Source: Lingula anatina (taxonomy: Eukaryota; Animalia; Brachiopoda). From it: a stretch of 64,000 bases of DNA. The notes under the pieces are model-generated. The model was given only the letters and a program-made list of their open reading frames with translations, searched no databases and had not been told where the DNA came from. Within the stretch, counting starts at the first letter, position 1. Each line of letters begins with the position of its first letter. The position numbers and the translations under genes are program-made. This document shows, piece by piece, positions 11,761 through 25,000 of the stretch. The stretch covers positions 18,538,001 through 18,602,000 of the forward strand of contig CM120645.1 of assembly GCA_051362555.1 (NCBI GenBank). The letters are read 5' to 3'.

Positions 11761-13179
11761 TGAACTCGCACAATCGCCGCGTATCTGGGTAATATATTTT
11801 TGTCAAAATATTCATTTACCTTACTAATTTCGTAAACAGAAACCATGTGTACAGTGTAATGTCTTATGTAATTTTTTTCAATTCTGAACTAAAACAAATT
11901 CAATTTCATTGGTCTTAATTCGCTATCAGATAAGCTTCTTTGAGAGCTGAACCATATTTTGGTGAACACCTGTCAAGATAAGAACTCATAAAGAAACCTA
12001 AACACCACAACTTTAAGAAAACCAGGTCCAAACGTGATATTCTCTTCTCGTTTTGGGTAATTATAGACACTTCAAAAACGGCATTTTAGAGCAGTAAGAA
12101 AGAATTACTTAAGTATAATTTTATGTTACTTGAAATGATAGGTTGTTTGAAGGTAAACAATCGTGCGTGTGGCATATAGTGTTTCCAGTACTGGGCATTG
12201 TGGTAGAGCAGATCTGTCTAGCAATTACTGTACTTCGTGGATTATATCGTTGTGCCGTCACAACCAATGTGTTGGTTAATATGTATTCATTTATCGAATA
12301 GGTTTAGTTGTGAGGTTCGGGTGTTGAAAGCATAATGTAAAGCAAGTCCTTACTGATATTTTGGCATTGACAAGATATCTATCAATAATAAAACTACAAA
12401 ATTACTGTAGTAAACATACAGCACAATGGTCTCCGTCCGGATCACGGCAAATCGGTAAAAACGTACCTAGAACTGGACGGGTTAAGGGGAAAACAAGGCG
12501 CTCCTCGTAACTCTGAACTGATTTTTTTGTATGTAATTTGGGAATTTATCTGATAAATTAATCCTCAACATGAAAAAAGTTACATTTTTCAGTAAGGGTT
12601 TATCGTGAGCATAGCTTAGTTAAAAGGACAAAGCGTAAGATTTAAAACAAGTTCTCCGTGAGCTTATCTAAAGACACATAATACTTTTTGATCATTTCAA
12701 CAAATAATGACCATTTATTAATGTTGTGAAAAAGAATCTTATTTATCAGTTCCTGACCAATCTCGCAACACAACATTTTTCTAATTAAAAAAAAAATTTT
12801 TAATAATTTTTTTAATCGCGCGCAACCTGGAATTCAGTGCTGAAAGTGGTGGCAGAGTTTTAAAAACACGCTTAAACGTGGAAGTATGAGGCCTTTTGTC
12901 TGAATGCGCTATCACCCTCAAAAGCATCTGCTTCAACACTGACTGACGTTTCGACCAATTTATTTAGAAATAATTAGTAAGAAATTAAAAAATACAGGTA
13001 AATATCCAAAGCTAATGTAAAAGCTAATGTTTATATAATTTAACATGCCATTATAGTATCAAAATGCTACAACGTTAATTACACATATTATTTAAACTGC
13101 ATATTTTACAAATGATTTATAACCTAACTATGGCATACAGGTATGTATCATCTAATCATATGTTAAATCTTTTAATAAT

Positions 13180-13347
13180 CAGGGGCGGATTGAGGCCGTC
13201 TTCTGGGTCTTCCGGAAGATGGTCAGATTTTCAAGTTTACATTCACAGGTATCAACATTTTTCTGTCGGAAGACGGTCAAAAATGGAGGATAGGTCAACA
13301 AAGATAATGTGGAAGACTGTCAGAAAATATCTCTGGATCCGCCCCTG
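13180..13347. mobile_element. hAT-like MITE
   Basis: TIR CAGGGGCGGAT ... ATCCGCCCCTG. Flanks TTAATAAT / ATAATAAT form an 8-bp TSD with one mismatch. Confidence 0.75.
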
Positions 13348-13612
13348 ATAATAATGACAAATTGATGAAAAATTTATTCAGTGCTTAATCTTATTATCAT
13401 ACACATCCATAAGTTTTATTTTGTAGTGTATTTTGACACAATGAGTTTGGATAACTAAAGTATTACTTTTAATAATAAACACTAGGAAAAATACAAAGAA
13501 CATGTAAAAACGTATGTCTTATATCATTTAACACGCCATTATAGTATCAAAATGCTAAACGTTAATTGCATATCTTATATAAACTTCCTCTTTTACAAAT
13601 GACTAAAACTTA

Positions 13613-13840
13613 CACACAATGGACAATAGAAGTGTCACCCCGGAATCAGAGTAATCAAATAATAATCAAGTCATCAATAATCAGAGTAGAGAGATTTTGA
13701 GAAGTTATAATGCCTGGTCTACATTTTTTTCTGAATTTTGATATTAATAAAATGATACCAGAAGAATATCATTCCATAGTCATTTATCTCCCCCAAAGTA
13801 TTGGTTCAGTAGGTATGACACTTCTATTGTCCATTGTGTG
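13613..13840. mobile_element. Tc1/mariner-type MITE, TA TSD
   Basis: TA|CACACAATGGACAATAGAAGTGTCA ... TGACACTTCTATTGTCCATTGTGTG|TA. The empty site is visible in the paralogous copies at ~3680 and ~13125. Confidence 0.8.
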
Positions 13841-14273
13841 TAACTATGGCATACAGCTACCCAGTATGTATAATCAAAGGCCCGTAGCCAGGGGGTTCAG
13901 GAGGTTCGAAAGCATGAGAAAAGGTCCCCTCTGGGTAAAATTTTATCTAGGCACACGGAGGTTCGATGGTAATAGGCCCTCTTTTTCAGAAAAAGCCCCC
14001 TTTTTGAAATACCTGGCTTTGGGCATGAATCATATGTTACATATGTAAATAACAATGACAAATTGATGAAAAAATTTCTTCAGTGGTAATCTTATCATTT
14101 AATACGTCCATAAATTTTATTTGTAGTGTATGTTGACAGAATGAGAACTACAGAATTCATTATACTGGCACATTACACCACAACCTTTGTTCTATTGTTT
14201 AACCAGTGCTGCCGTCTGGCGATTGTCTGAAAGAACTACAAGTGCATTAGGTTTTAGTCACATGATTGTACTA

Positions 14274-17200
14274 TTAACAAATGAAAGTATATAATTCAGC
14301 AAGGACCCTCAAAACAACAATGACCACGTATCCCATGTACAAAAGACGGTTTAAACAAGAAACCAACATCTCACACGGGTTCGGGCAATTAAGTGCAGGC
14401 CCAGTACACATGCAGCAATCTCCCTCGCAGCAATCGCATTCGCATGCACAGCATCGACAGTCTTCCCATTTGTCGAAGCACATGGAACAATACCATCCGG
14501 GGTCTGGCACCTTTTCCTTTAGGCAGCAAATGTAGCAACACTGGGCTAAGAGAACTTCACCCGTCTTTCTTATTGTTACATCGCGATAGCAAAAGCATTC
14601 GGTTTTTTTAAAGTATGGTTTTACACAACAACGGTCGAGATCATACCAAATCCCAGCATCTGACTCAAGGCTTCGAACAAATACGGACAAAAAATCGGTG
14701 ACTGCTGATGATTTTGCCAACTTAATCAGCAATTTAATTGTGTCGACTGCATCTGGTTGCCCATCGCAAAAGCAGTGAAATACCAACGGTAAAATTCCTT
14801 GCGGTATTTTCGAAAAGAACAGCGCCAATATCTCGTAGGTTTTCTTCAGCCTGTATTTGCCGAATAGCCCTTTGACGTCCATTCTATTAGACCTGGTTTG
14901 ACGTATGTCTATGACAGTATCGTTTATGAGGTGCAAAAGTTGCAAGAAAGCAAGAACGGAGGCCAGTATTGAAAGTCCAAGCCACACGCCTTCGAAACTT
15001 TTGCATTCATCACTCTTTGGCCCCACATAGAAACTCCAGTCTGCGTACAAATCCCAGGCTGTTAAAGCAACCGACAGGATACGCACAAACACGTCCCAAC
15101 AGAGCCTTATTTTCGTCTTGGGTTTTTTCTCACTCCTTCTCTCCTCTATTTTCTTTCTCAAATGTTCAGCCTCGAACCTCCGTATGTTAGCATACCATTT
15201 CTGTGTCCCTGGTTTTTCTTTTATGACCGGCTTGTCTGCTGATGGGGGTTGGGTTATGACGTCACTCTGTCCAGTATTTCTCATTTCAATATGTTGTTCT
15301 CTTCCATAATACCCATGGTTGTCAAATGCGAGCCCGTTATTATCCCAGGGAACTTGCCTACCAGATGCCTAAAACAAAAACAAATATCTGATTAAAAACG
15401 GAACGATTTATCCTATAACATTTTTTATACTGATACATCGGCAGAATTGGTTTTATTATAAGATTAAGCATGTAGATATCATAACACAGAATAAAGAACT
15501 GCATTTTTTGCTAAGATAGATAGATAGATAGATAGATAGATCAGAAAACCAAAAGAGCTTGGGAATGAAAAACATTTACCTCTTTTAGACAAATCGTATC
15601 TGTTACCGAGGTGAAAAATGAGGGTCTTTGAGAATTTTAAAAATCTTTTCGCAATCTTACTTGTTAAGATGTTGTTGAATCTTTTCTTTTGAATGCATAA
15701 TTTTAACAAATATTGTTGCATTTTTGTTTGTTTATTTTCTGATTGGTGACTGTACATTTGAAAACTGTAGTTTTTTTTATCAAATACCACTTAATTCGAG
15801 TCTTGATAATAAAATCAGGTTAAAATGCCCCTCCCTCGCGACACGACTCCGTGATTTATATCACATTTTACAGTTATACCATTACGGATTAGAGACCCAT
15901 TTGCTTTCCCTACACTGTTTTAGAAAAATTCACGTCACAAAATGTTAACTGGAAATATGCACGCACTGCCTGAACATGTTTACTCCTGGGTTGTATGAAA
16001 ATACGTATTGTTGGTTAAACACACATTTTTATTCTTAATTAAGGTGAAAAATTTAATCAGCTGTGTAATGTTCTAAAAATAAGGCAGTAAATAACCAATA
16101 AGGAATAAGAAGGTGTATATTCCTTGGGTAAAGGCCTTTCACGTGGGTAGCTCATGTCCCGATTAAGATTCTCTAGATAGGCTAGATATTCACACACAGC
16201 ATGGTGATCGAGATTAGGAGATCGCGATTATAACTTGCTGTATCTGCCGACTTACTGGCGAATGAATACCTTGCTTGCGCATGTGCTAATTCTTGGATTT
16301 GCTTGTTTGCAGATCAAGTATATATATACATTATTAATTTTGTGAGTTATTTTGCAAACAAGAAACTGACCGTGAGGTACAATGTTACTGAAGTGTTAAA
16401 GTAATACATGTAGTAACGACACGGGACAACAAATCTGTAAACCAAATATTTATTTCGGGCACAAATACTGTAGTTCGGTACATGATATGGCAAAACAGTG
16501 AAGATTTGTGTTGGCTTTAGAAAAAAAATCATTTGTTACGAAAATCCTACGGAATCATGTCATTGAGATTTGTGACTCCTCTGCCGCTATTGTAAGAATG
16601 TCCTTGTTATTTGAATCATTCAGTTTCTGTCTTTGTTAAAAATTGTTTGAACAACAAAGCTTGCCTCTCTACGCTTGGGCACATGCTTTAAACGAGGTGA
16701 GTGTTCGACGACCTTACTGTTTACAGGCACGCGGGCCTCACGACGCGTCGACTTGCGTAAATAATGTCTGAACCTTACGCTGCATTAACAACCAAAGTTG
16801 AGTCGCGAACTATCAGATCTGTTTATCAAATATGGCTGATCCTCTTACAAGCTTGCCGACTAATCCTCAAAATAGTCACTGAATACATCCCCACGGGGAT
16901 TACGTGGCTAGCTTTCGAGTGGGTCGGCCATATGTGATCCGCATTTCTGTGAGGCCGCGGCCTTAAGCCTAGATTACATTTGAAATGCGCTGCCCGCACG
17001 TGTGTATACTGCCCGTAATACCCTTTTCGTATGGCCTCTGAGCGGTGGTAGACAGTGGCCGTGCGAAATCTCACAGAATCGTACGGATTTAAGGCCTCCG
17101 CAGTCTCTATGGTTTTGTCAAGCGTACCTTTTGACAATTTTTTATAATCGAAAGCCCGTAGACTGTAACAATATCGAGATGGCATTGCGCAATCCCCTCA

Positions 17201-20109
17201 CAGGCATTGCATAGGCATCTTACGAGCATTGTACGGTGGACTTGTGGATTGCTCAACAACGCAAGGCTATCCTGCGATACGGAGCTGTCAAAATACATAA
17301 GCCTTGATTACATTTGCCACGGGTGCCGCACCAAAGTGTATACGATTTTCCGTACGATTTTTAAAAAATCTACGGGCTGCGGGCTGCGGCGAATATAACG
17401 TGCGGGAGCCGTGCCTATTTTCGGATATACCTCGAGGTCACGTGGGGAAAATCGTATTTCTTTTTAAAAATGATCGTTCAGAACCCTTTCAATCTCAGTG
17501 CAGTTGCCGTACGTTTTTTGTGCAGCTTCATTGAAGTTTGACACGCTGTTGGTTCACCCCCCTACAATATTTTTCAACCTTGTGTTCAGGTAAAGAAAAA
17601 GTACAAACTCGCGTTTATGCAAATGAATTGCACCAAGGAGTTGTACAACTCCTTGATTACACTAACATTTAAACATCTGAACTACTCTTATGCCTCCTTA
17701 ACCACCATATAAGGAAGGAAAAGAGACCAATAACAGGGCCCCGTAACTCGAAAGCATCGCGCATTGCCACCGAGCGCAAGCGTCTTGATTCTATAACTCG
17801 CCCATACTCGACCCCATATGGGGGTTATGGAATCGAGACTCTTGCACTCGTTGGCGATGCTTTCGCGCGATGCTTTCGAGTTACGGGGTCCAGGTTCAAC
17901 CATATTATTATGATCAACCCAAGTCCATCGAACAATGCCCGAGCGGGACAGCGCGATGCCATCTACGACCAGCGGGCTTACGAATTAAAAAAAATTGTAA
18001 GAAGTTTCAGCTTGATAAAATCTAAGAGGCTACAGAAGCTGTGAATCCGTACGGTTTTGTACGATTTCGTACTGTCACCGTCTGCTTCCGAACAGACACG
18101 GCACGAAAAGGGATTTACGGGCAGTTTATGAGCAGTGTATGGACATCGCATGGCAAATGTAAACGGTTTCTCGTGGACCATTTTGCACCGTATTTGTCGC
18201 CCTTATCCTCGTGTTTTTCCTCATGCTATTATTTAAAGGCCCCATCACACTTATTCGGAATCAGCAGTAATCAAGCAGAATTAGAAGGAATGAAGAATTT
18301 TCAAAATTCGTCCCACATTCGGGAAGAAATTTCAAATTGACCTATATTCTCGTAAGAATACCGTTGGAATACACAAAATGCGCTTCGAATCCGCCTGGAA
18401 TGACTCGTGCACATATTGGGTGTATTAACCGCTGGAATGTAGTTGAAACATACTTGAAATATCGATAATGCTGTCAGAATGCAGTCAGAATATTTAGAAT
18501 ACACTTTGAATGCGGTACGAGTGTAGTTCGATTGCTGGCCGAAATAGAATTTCGGCCAGCAATCGAGATGCATTCGAGTTGCATTTCGGCTCATTTGAGG
18601 CACATGCAGCACGTTCTCCCATAAATGCGATCAGAATGTTTCGAATGCTGTTGGAATGCTGTAAGAATATTAAGCATTCATAGGACAGTTAGAATACACT
18701 TAGAATGCCATTCAACATTTTTCCACTTGGAATGCACTTCGAAAGTTTTGAGCATGAGCAAAACATTCCGACCGGACACAAGAATGGGCCCATATATTTA
18801 GAATGCACTCAGAATTTTTAGAACGCAATTCGAATGTCCAGGAATATACAAAGAATTCCCATTTCGACTACATTCTAGCTCATTTCGCCTCTAGCGTGAC
18901 TAGCGTATAATAACCTCTTCAATTTCGCCTTTGGTAGTTTAGGGAAGCGTAATAATAGTAAAATATCTTAAATTTTTTTAAACTTGAAGATGTGCGTCTC
19001 ATTGATATTTCGGCGTAAGTGGTCAAATACACATCGTATCAAACAGCATTGCTTCCGCACGGATACTGTACGTCAGCAGCAGTGGCTGAAAGGGCTCAGT
19101 ATATGATCGCTTTGCAACCGACAAACACCGATATTCCACGACCGGACGTCAAGGTCATGTGGGAGAAATGGCACAGCGACCGTATGTAATGTAGACATAC
19201 TCCACGTAGGCTACACCCTTTTTTTTCACATACACTAAAGTGGATATAGATATTTTGATATTTTCCAAAAGAAATTGATAAAATTTATTTAAAAAAATAA
19301 AGTGTCCTTTTTAACATGCAGACGAACAAAATGAACCAAGGGATGTTATATAGAAATATGAACCTGGCCTTTATCAAGGTAGAATAATACATGTTGTGAT
19401 GTGATGGCGCAAAATTTTGATTGTTAGATAAATAACAGAAGAGCAAATCATGTGTTGTTAACTCTCCTGTTGTGGTACATTTGCGCGTGAACATCTATTT
19501 GTTTTGCTCTCCAAGGGAGCTTATTGGTTTTTACGTATCGTTTTTATGAAATACCAAACAATTCAATATGTGAACAATGCTGAGCTTTAGAATACACATC
19601 TGCCAAAATATTTATTGTGGTTAAAAAATAGGGACTGAAAAATGTAGCATTGGACCTTTTTAACTAGGGTCGTGAACACCCAAAATCGATTTCCTTGCAA
19701 GGGAATGTAAAATCAATAGTTTTTTTGGACACTTAGCATTAACAAAATATAAGCCTTAATGTTTTCGAGTTCCACAGGTTTCAGGACAAAAAAAAAAAAA
19801 TAATAAAATAAAATAAACACAAAAATAAACAGGCATGGAATAAATAATACATCAAAACTTTTTCCAAAACACTAAAAGCAGTAATATCCTTCATATACAG
19901 TAGCATACATTCTCAAAATAAAAAAAAACGAAAAATAAAAACATTGCCCCAAGATCACTCCGTATACAATACTAGGGATGTAACAACAACATGTTTTTCT
20001 GTTGAAGCACTTCCCAACACCATATATCAAGATTATTTAAGTTTCTAGGAGAGTTCAAATAAGTTATTGTGAACACCTGGTTAAAAAAAGGCAGCAAACT
20101 TACCGACAT
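14274..20109 (-). CDS. Uncharacterised multi-pass membrane protein, paralog B (XK-related-like, Cys-rich loop), ~366 aa
   Basis: Exon 1 coding part ATG TCG|GTAAGT at 20104-20109. Exon 2 spans 14274-15368, phase 0 after TTTGTTTTAG, adding ASGRQVPWDNNGLAFDNHGYYGREQHIE before the listed Met. Closely similar to paralog A over the TM region, with only in-frame indels. Confidence 0.8.
16880..18200. mobile_element. Cluster of decayed non-autonomous DNA-transposon fragments
   Basis: The end-like motif AAGCCT(A/T)GATTACATTTG occurs at ~16965 and ~17299. There are dispersed CGTACG/ACGG subrepeats, an internal duplication (~17010-17100 vs ~18040-18130) and a core shared with ~9380-9440. Confidence 0.5.
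18238..18907. mobile_element. Harbinger-like non-autonomous element rich in GAATG/TTCGAA subrepeats
   Basis: Begins GGCCCATCACACT and ends CTAGCGTGACTAGCG. Dozens of degenerate GAATGC/CATTCG motifs and no coding capacity. Confidence 0.5.
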
Positions 20110-21130
20110 GTCTCTGTGCTTTGACTAAACTTATACAACCAACCAGTCGCAGGAGCCTCGCCTTATGTATTGATCTGGAGAATTCCGACTCCTTTATTGT
20201 AGTATGAAGTGATCCGCGCATGTGCGAATTCGTGGAAAGTGTAATTTGAACAAACGTGCCATTTAACGTATAGTAGCCGAAAAAAAGGAGACAGTGCGGT
20301 CATGCTAGATGTCTATGGGTGCATTCCCAGAGATTTAGATCGACCTAACTCCCTGGGGGTTCACGCTAAATTGCAGTCAGCCGAACGAGCACCATAGTTA
20401 ATTACCCCCTTACAGCTTTTAGTAGGCGGGACAGACACTTAAGCTGACAGTAATCTATTGAGACTCCCCATAGGGATAGATTGATCCTAAATCTATGGGA
20501 ATGGGGTCTATCTTCGTATTTGTAATATTTTCGTTGGTTTCTACAAAAACATGCAGCTTCATTGAACAACGACCAATACTTTTATGATTTCATTTTTCTG
20601 GGAACAGAGCGAATATTTTATAAACTATTTGTATCTCCCGGAATATGTTTATTTGTTTTCCGGGATATACAATTTTTCATGGTAATTTTTTATTCTTGGT
20701 GTTTATGGTGGCGCTTGGTTACGCACATAGCATAAAAAGATGTCTGTTGCCTTGTGTGAACTGTGTCTCCTTACATTTACGAGTCAAAATGAGATTTCAA
20801 ATTAAGATAATGTAAGTCTTTAGGAGAATTGTGACTACTTTATTGTCGTATGGAGGTATCTGCGCATGTGCGAATTCGTGGAAAATATATTTTAACCCAA
20901 CGCTCCATTGATCGTAGCCAACAACGTAAATATGGGTCTATTTTTTCAGACAAAACGAAAAGGTTTATTTATCACAGCATGAATACCGCGCCAATAACCT
21001 TTTGACAATAAGTTCTTAACATCGCCCAAAGAATTTTTGTTAAGTGTCAGACTATTGTTAGAAACCCCATCCTATAAAACATATATGTTGACGCAGTTTT
21101 TTACCATAGAGCACACTATCAGTATACTTT
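19860..21130 (-). pseudogene. Decayed paralog remnants around exon 1 of paralog B
   Basis: 19930-20020 translates KCFNRKTCCCYIPSIVYGVILGQCFYF (vs PYFKKTECFCYRDVTIRKTGEVLLAQCCYI). ~20590-20640 gives GRYK.../YKIFALFPEK (vs GKYRLKKTYEILALFFSK). ~21000-21100 gives a stop-interrupted hydrophobic stretch like the C-terminal helix. Confidence 0.65.
20317..20508. mobile_element. Harbinger-type MITE family, copy 1
   Basis: TAT TSD. TIR GGGTGCATTCCCAGAGATTT / AAATCTATGGGAATGGGGTC. Core CCTAACTCCCTGGGGGTTCACGCTAAA shared with 28611-28825 and 34720-34945. Confidence 0.85.
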
Positions 21131-22092
21131 TCAGCGTCCTTCTCTCTCTCTCTCTCATACATGATGTTTAAGGATATTATCACCTTTCGCTCAAAACTCC
21201 TTATTTACTACACATACATTCTTTTGAGTAATAGATAAATTGACTAAACTAATAAACATTTAGACATATGTCATCCTACGGTTGACGTCATAAATGCCAC
21301 TTTGGGGTAAAATCTGAAAATCGGTTTCTCATATTTCTCCTTTACTTGAGCACCCACGATCACCGTTTCAACTCAATTTAATGACACCTTTTATTACTCC
21401 AAAGCTCTGCCAGCGATTTTTAGTTCAGATTTATCAGTGACAAAGCAAAATGTCACTTTTGTTTAACCGAAATCTGTATAAAAAGGACTCATAACTACAC
21501 AGGCCCTACCTAAAGCATATAAACCAAAATGACCACACGGGATTGTAGCCTATACACCTTGATCAACTCTGCCAATTTTTATGATAAAAACTCTTTCAGG
21601 GATGAGGTTACGCCCCAAACCTCTTGTTATCTCACTTCAAAACTAGAGGATCAGAGAGGCGATACTGCCTCCAGGTATTGTACCGCCAGCTGGAGTAAGC
21701 GCATGCGTATAAAGGGACACCACCTCCAGTGTTGTGTTTGACAAGCTCTAAAAATGCAGTAAACAAAAGTTCTCAATATTTTTGTCGAAAATTGCCATTT
21801 AAAACAAAATCATGGGGAAAAGTAAAAGTTTAAATCCAAATTTGTGAAAAGTAGGTCAAAGGTCAATTTCAAGATCACAGTTAGATTGCCAGTATATGAC
21901 TTCCAATTCAAGTCCAATAGTAACTAGGGGCGAGTCTCTGCCAGTTTTGGAGATACATGTAATGTATAAGGAACAGAAACCTTGCAAAGTTCAGTCCATG
22001 GTGAAAAGAAGGCCAAAGGTCAATTTTAAGGTCACAGTTACATGTGTATTGGGTTACAAGGGTTACAATATCCTTGATATTCTTTTTTCCAG

Positions 22093-25000
22093 GAAAAGTT
22101 GATGGTCTTTATGGGGACCCCAGTAGCTGTGCTCATTTTTACCGCTGTGATTTCGGCACTGCCACCAGGTTCGCTTGTCCACATAGGCTGAGATGGAACG
22201 AGAATATCGCGAGATGTGATTGGCAGTATAACTCTCACTGCACCATCACGGCTGTTTCTCCCAAAGTTGATGTCGCGACGAATCCGATTACGCCTGGCCC
22301 CTCCGCTTCTGCAAGGCTCGACGAAACGACAACCAGTTTTAAAATGGAACTTTCAGATGGAGGTAATACAAACATGTACTATAGCGATACATAAGTACAC
22401 GTACCGGTAAATCTGAACTGACAATGCCTAGAAAAAATATTAGCGGCTTGTAAATACAAATACATGTAACGACGCGAGATTTTGATATATATAGCATTTT
22501 TACCGTTTTGATTTATAAAACAGTCAAGGGAATGCCGGTGTACCATGAAAATATGACTCCCCCATAATGTGACTCCCCAGTCAGATTTTCATTATGAAAA
22601 TGTGACTCCCCAGTCAAATTTTCATTATGAAAATGTGACTCCCCCCATGAAATTTTGACTCCCCCACAAAACTTTATAAATCTTATTTTATATCAGTATA
22701 TGACTTTTTATATTGTAGTATGCAAAATAGAGCATACATTGACACTTTTTGTTAGTTTACAGGTGAAAATTTTGATGAGAAAATAAGAAAATTAAAAATG
22801 TGCATTTTACCACTCAATGAAAAAGCTATTTATTTGATATTTGGTGACCATTTCAACATCGTGTCCTTGAGTATACTTTATGAAGAATATGATGGAAATA
22901 TTTGAAAGTTTGGTGGTAAAATATTGGGTGCAAAAAATAAAAAAAAATCATGAAATATCTTCATATTCATACCCATGGGATTTGGACACCCATGGAGAAA
23001 GTCCATATTTTATATTTAGTCACCATACCATTGTTTTCCACATAGTTTGCATTGTGATGTATATTTTATTAGTATTTCAAATTTTTGTGGTAAAAATTGA
23101 TAATTTTTGAAACAAGTATTCATCTTACTGCCCGTAGGATTTGGACTCCCATAGCCTTTTCATAGGAGTCATTGGGTGGAAAAATACACATTTTTTATTT
23201 TCTTATTTTCTCATGAAAATTTTCAAAAAGTGCCAATGTGTCCTCCATTATGGATACTGCAAGATAAAAGTTATATACTCAAATAAAATATGATTTATAA
23301 AGTTTTGTGAGGGGGAGTCAAAATTTCATGGGGGGAGTCAGATTTTCAATTTGAAATTTTGACTGGGGGAGTCAGATTTTCATGGGAGTCAGATTTTCAA
23401 GTTACACCGGCACTTTATTTTGTGGATGTTGAGCAAGTGAAGCATTACTTTTGCAATATAATCCGGGTTTTGTTTTGTATGAGGAGTGTTGTTCATTTTT
23501 GAAATACTGGTTAAGGTTAATAACGAAAAAAAAGTGAATGCCTTATTCTGTGTATTTCAGCGGATGTTTGCCTGCAGTCATCAAACTGTTGGCTAAAATT
23601 TGACTTCAAGTACGAAGACAACTGGAACGACTGTCACGGCGACAAGTACGTTCGGCGAACTCCGTATTCTGTCGGGAAATACGTCGGCGTAATACTATGC
23701 TCGCCTCACAGGTATATTAAGTTATTCGATGAATTATTATAGCATACATCATAATGCAAAATCACTTTCTCCTGATGTGAGATCCCTAAAGCCTTTTTAC
23801 AAACAAAACACATGATTATTTAACAAGTATTCGATGCACATCAGACATTTAGATATTAATCAAATTTCAGAAAGTGGACTAACATGGGCTTTTTTCTGCA
23901 AGTTTCTTCCATGAAATAGTATTATTCATTTTCTAGATATAAACTGTTGATGAGTGACGGCCTCAGGGAGGAGTTCCTGAACATAGCGGACAGTAATGGA
24001 CATGGTCAGGATCACTGTGAGTTTGTTGGTGGGAACGAGCGTGATGCTAATCTTCCCAGTCACTTCTGGTCCTCTCCCTCAGCAAGAGGTGAGTTTATTG
24101 TTAGCAGAAGAAAAAACTACAAATATCAGAACAGTATTGATTTTTCTATAAGATTTAATGGGCGCCGATGCGAAAGGGGACGAGTCTGTCAGCTGCTTGC
24201 GGCTACCAGTTCATCCCTGTTCCTAGGATCCAGAATGAAGTAAGTTAGATCCTATAGCCTGCAGGCAAGTTGCAAATACATTGTAGCTATATTTTTTTTT
24301 GATAGTTAATCTGCTAATCCATGGCCGTTAAAGCAGAAATATCGAAAGTTATCTATCTTTTAATAATTAATGAGAGAAAGGAGAAATTGTTAGGCCTATC
24401 AGACATGATCTACCTTTACTCCTACCTTTAACTCTACATTTGAATAAAGACTTAATTGTTTAAGAAATGTTTTGAGTACATTGAACGAGCTTTAATCATC
24501 CAGGTTTCTATCGTTCCAATGCCAAAGAGGGTCTAACCACTGGTAACATTGGTTTCGGTCCTAAGGATGGATCACGGTGGACTGGGAAGTATTACGTCAG
24601 GTGGTATGAGTGTGGGGTGCAGATACCAGGAGACGCCACCGTCGTGGATATGACGTCACAACACACAAAACAACCTCCAGCACCTTGTAAGTTTTTTTTT
24701 CAAAAAGAGTACTTTTCTAATGCAATGTTTTATACAAACAACAGCATGTGTTCTTTGATCAAAACACGTATTGTATGTTATACAATTTCTTGTTCTAGCA
24801 CCGAAACTCGTGTTCTCTGTACGCCCAGAAAACCAGACTGTAATGGAGGAAAAGCTGGTGGTACTGGAATGCAGTGTTGACCACGATGACGTCACATATT
24901 CCTGGACGAAAGATGATGTCAATGCGACCTCTATCCCGGAGCTGGAAGTACTACCAGGAGGGATTCTTCTCATTTCTAAGTTCAGACAGACTCTTGCTGG

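Larger units (their letters stand above)
2095..21130. repeat. Tandem segmental duplication, two diverged ~9-10 kb units (~2095-11850 and ~12030-21130)
   Basis: Collinear matches read directly: 2095-2760~12030-12880; 3440-3690~12880-13140; 3680-4100~13840-14250; 6554-7740~14274-15450; 9740-9940~19490-19690; 10190-10590~19860-20150; 11100-11760~20580-21130. Confidence 0.9.

Noticed and set aside
16262-16318. Signal-peptide-like reading MNTLLAHVLILGFACLQI as the missing first exon of the protease
   Set aside because: The available donors are phase 2 or 0, not the phase 1 required. The sequence overlaps a GCGCATGTGC.AATTC.TGGA motif resembling the XK-like promoter block, so it may be a remnant of that.
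16826-18612. Dense cluster of overlapping 60-120 aa ORFs
   Set aside because: These come from GC-richer transposon-derived sequence and show no transposase or other protein motifs.
22545-22665. Short direct repeats resembling a CRISPR array
   Set aside because: There are no unique spacers or cas genes, and the context is eukaryotic. They are subterminal repeats mirrored at the other end of a foldback MITE.
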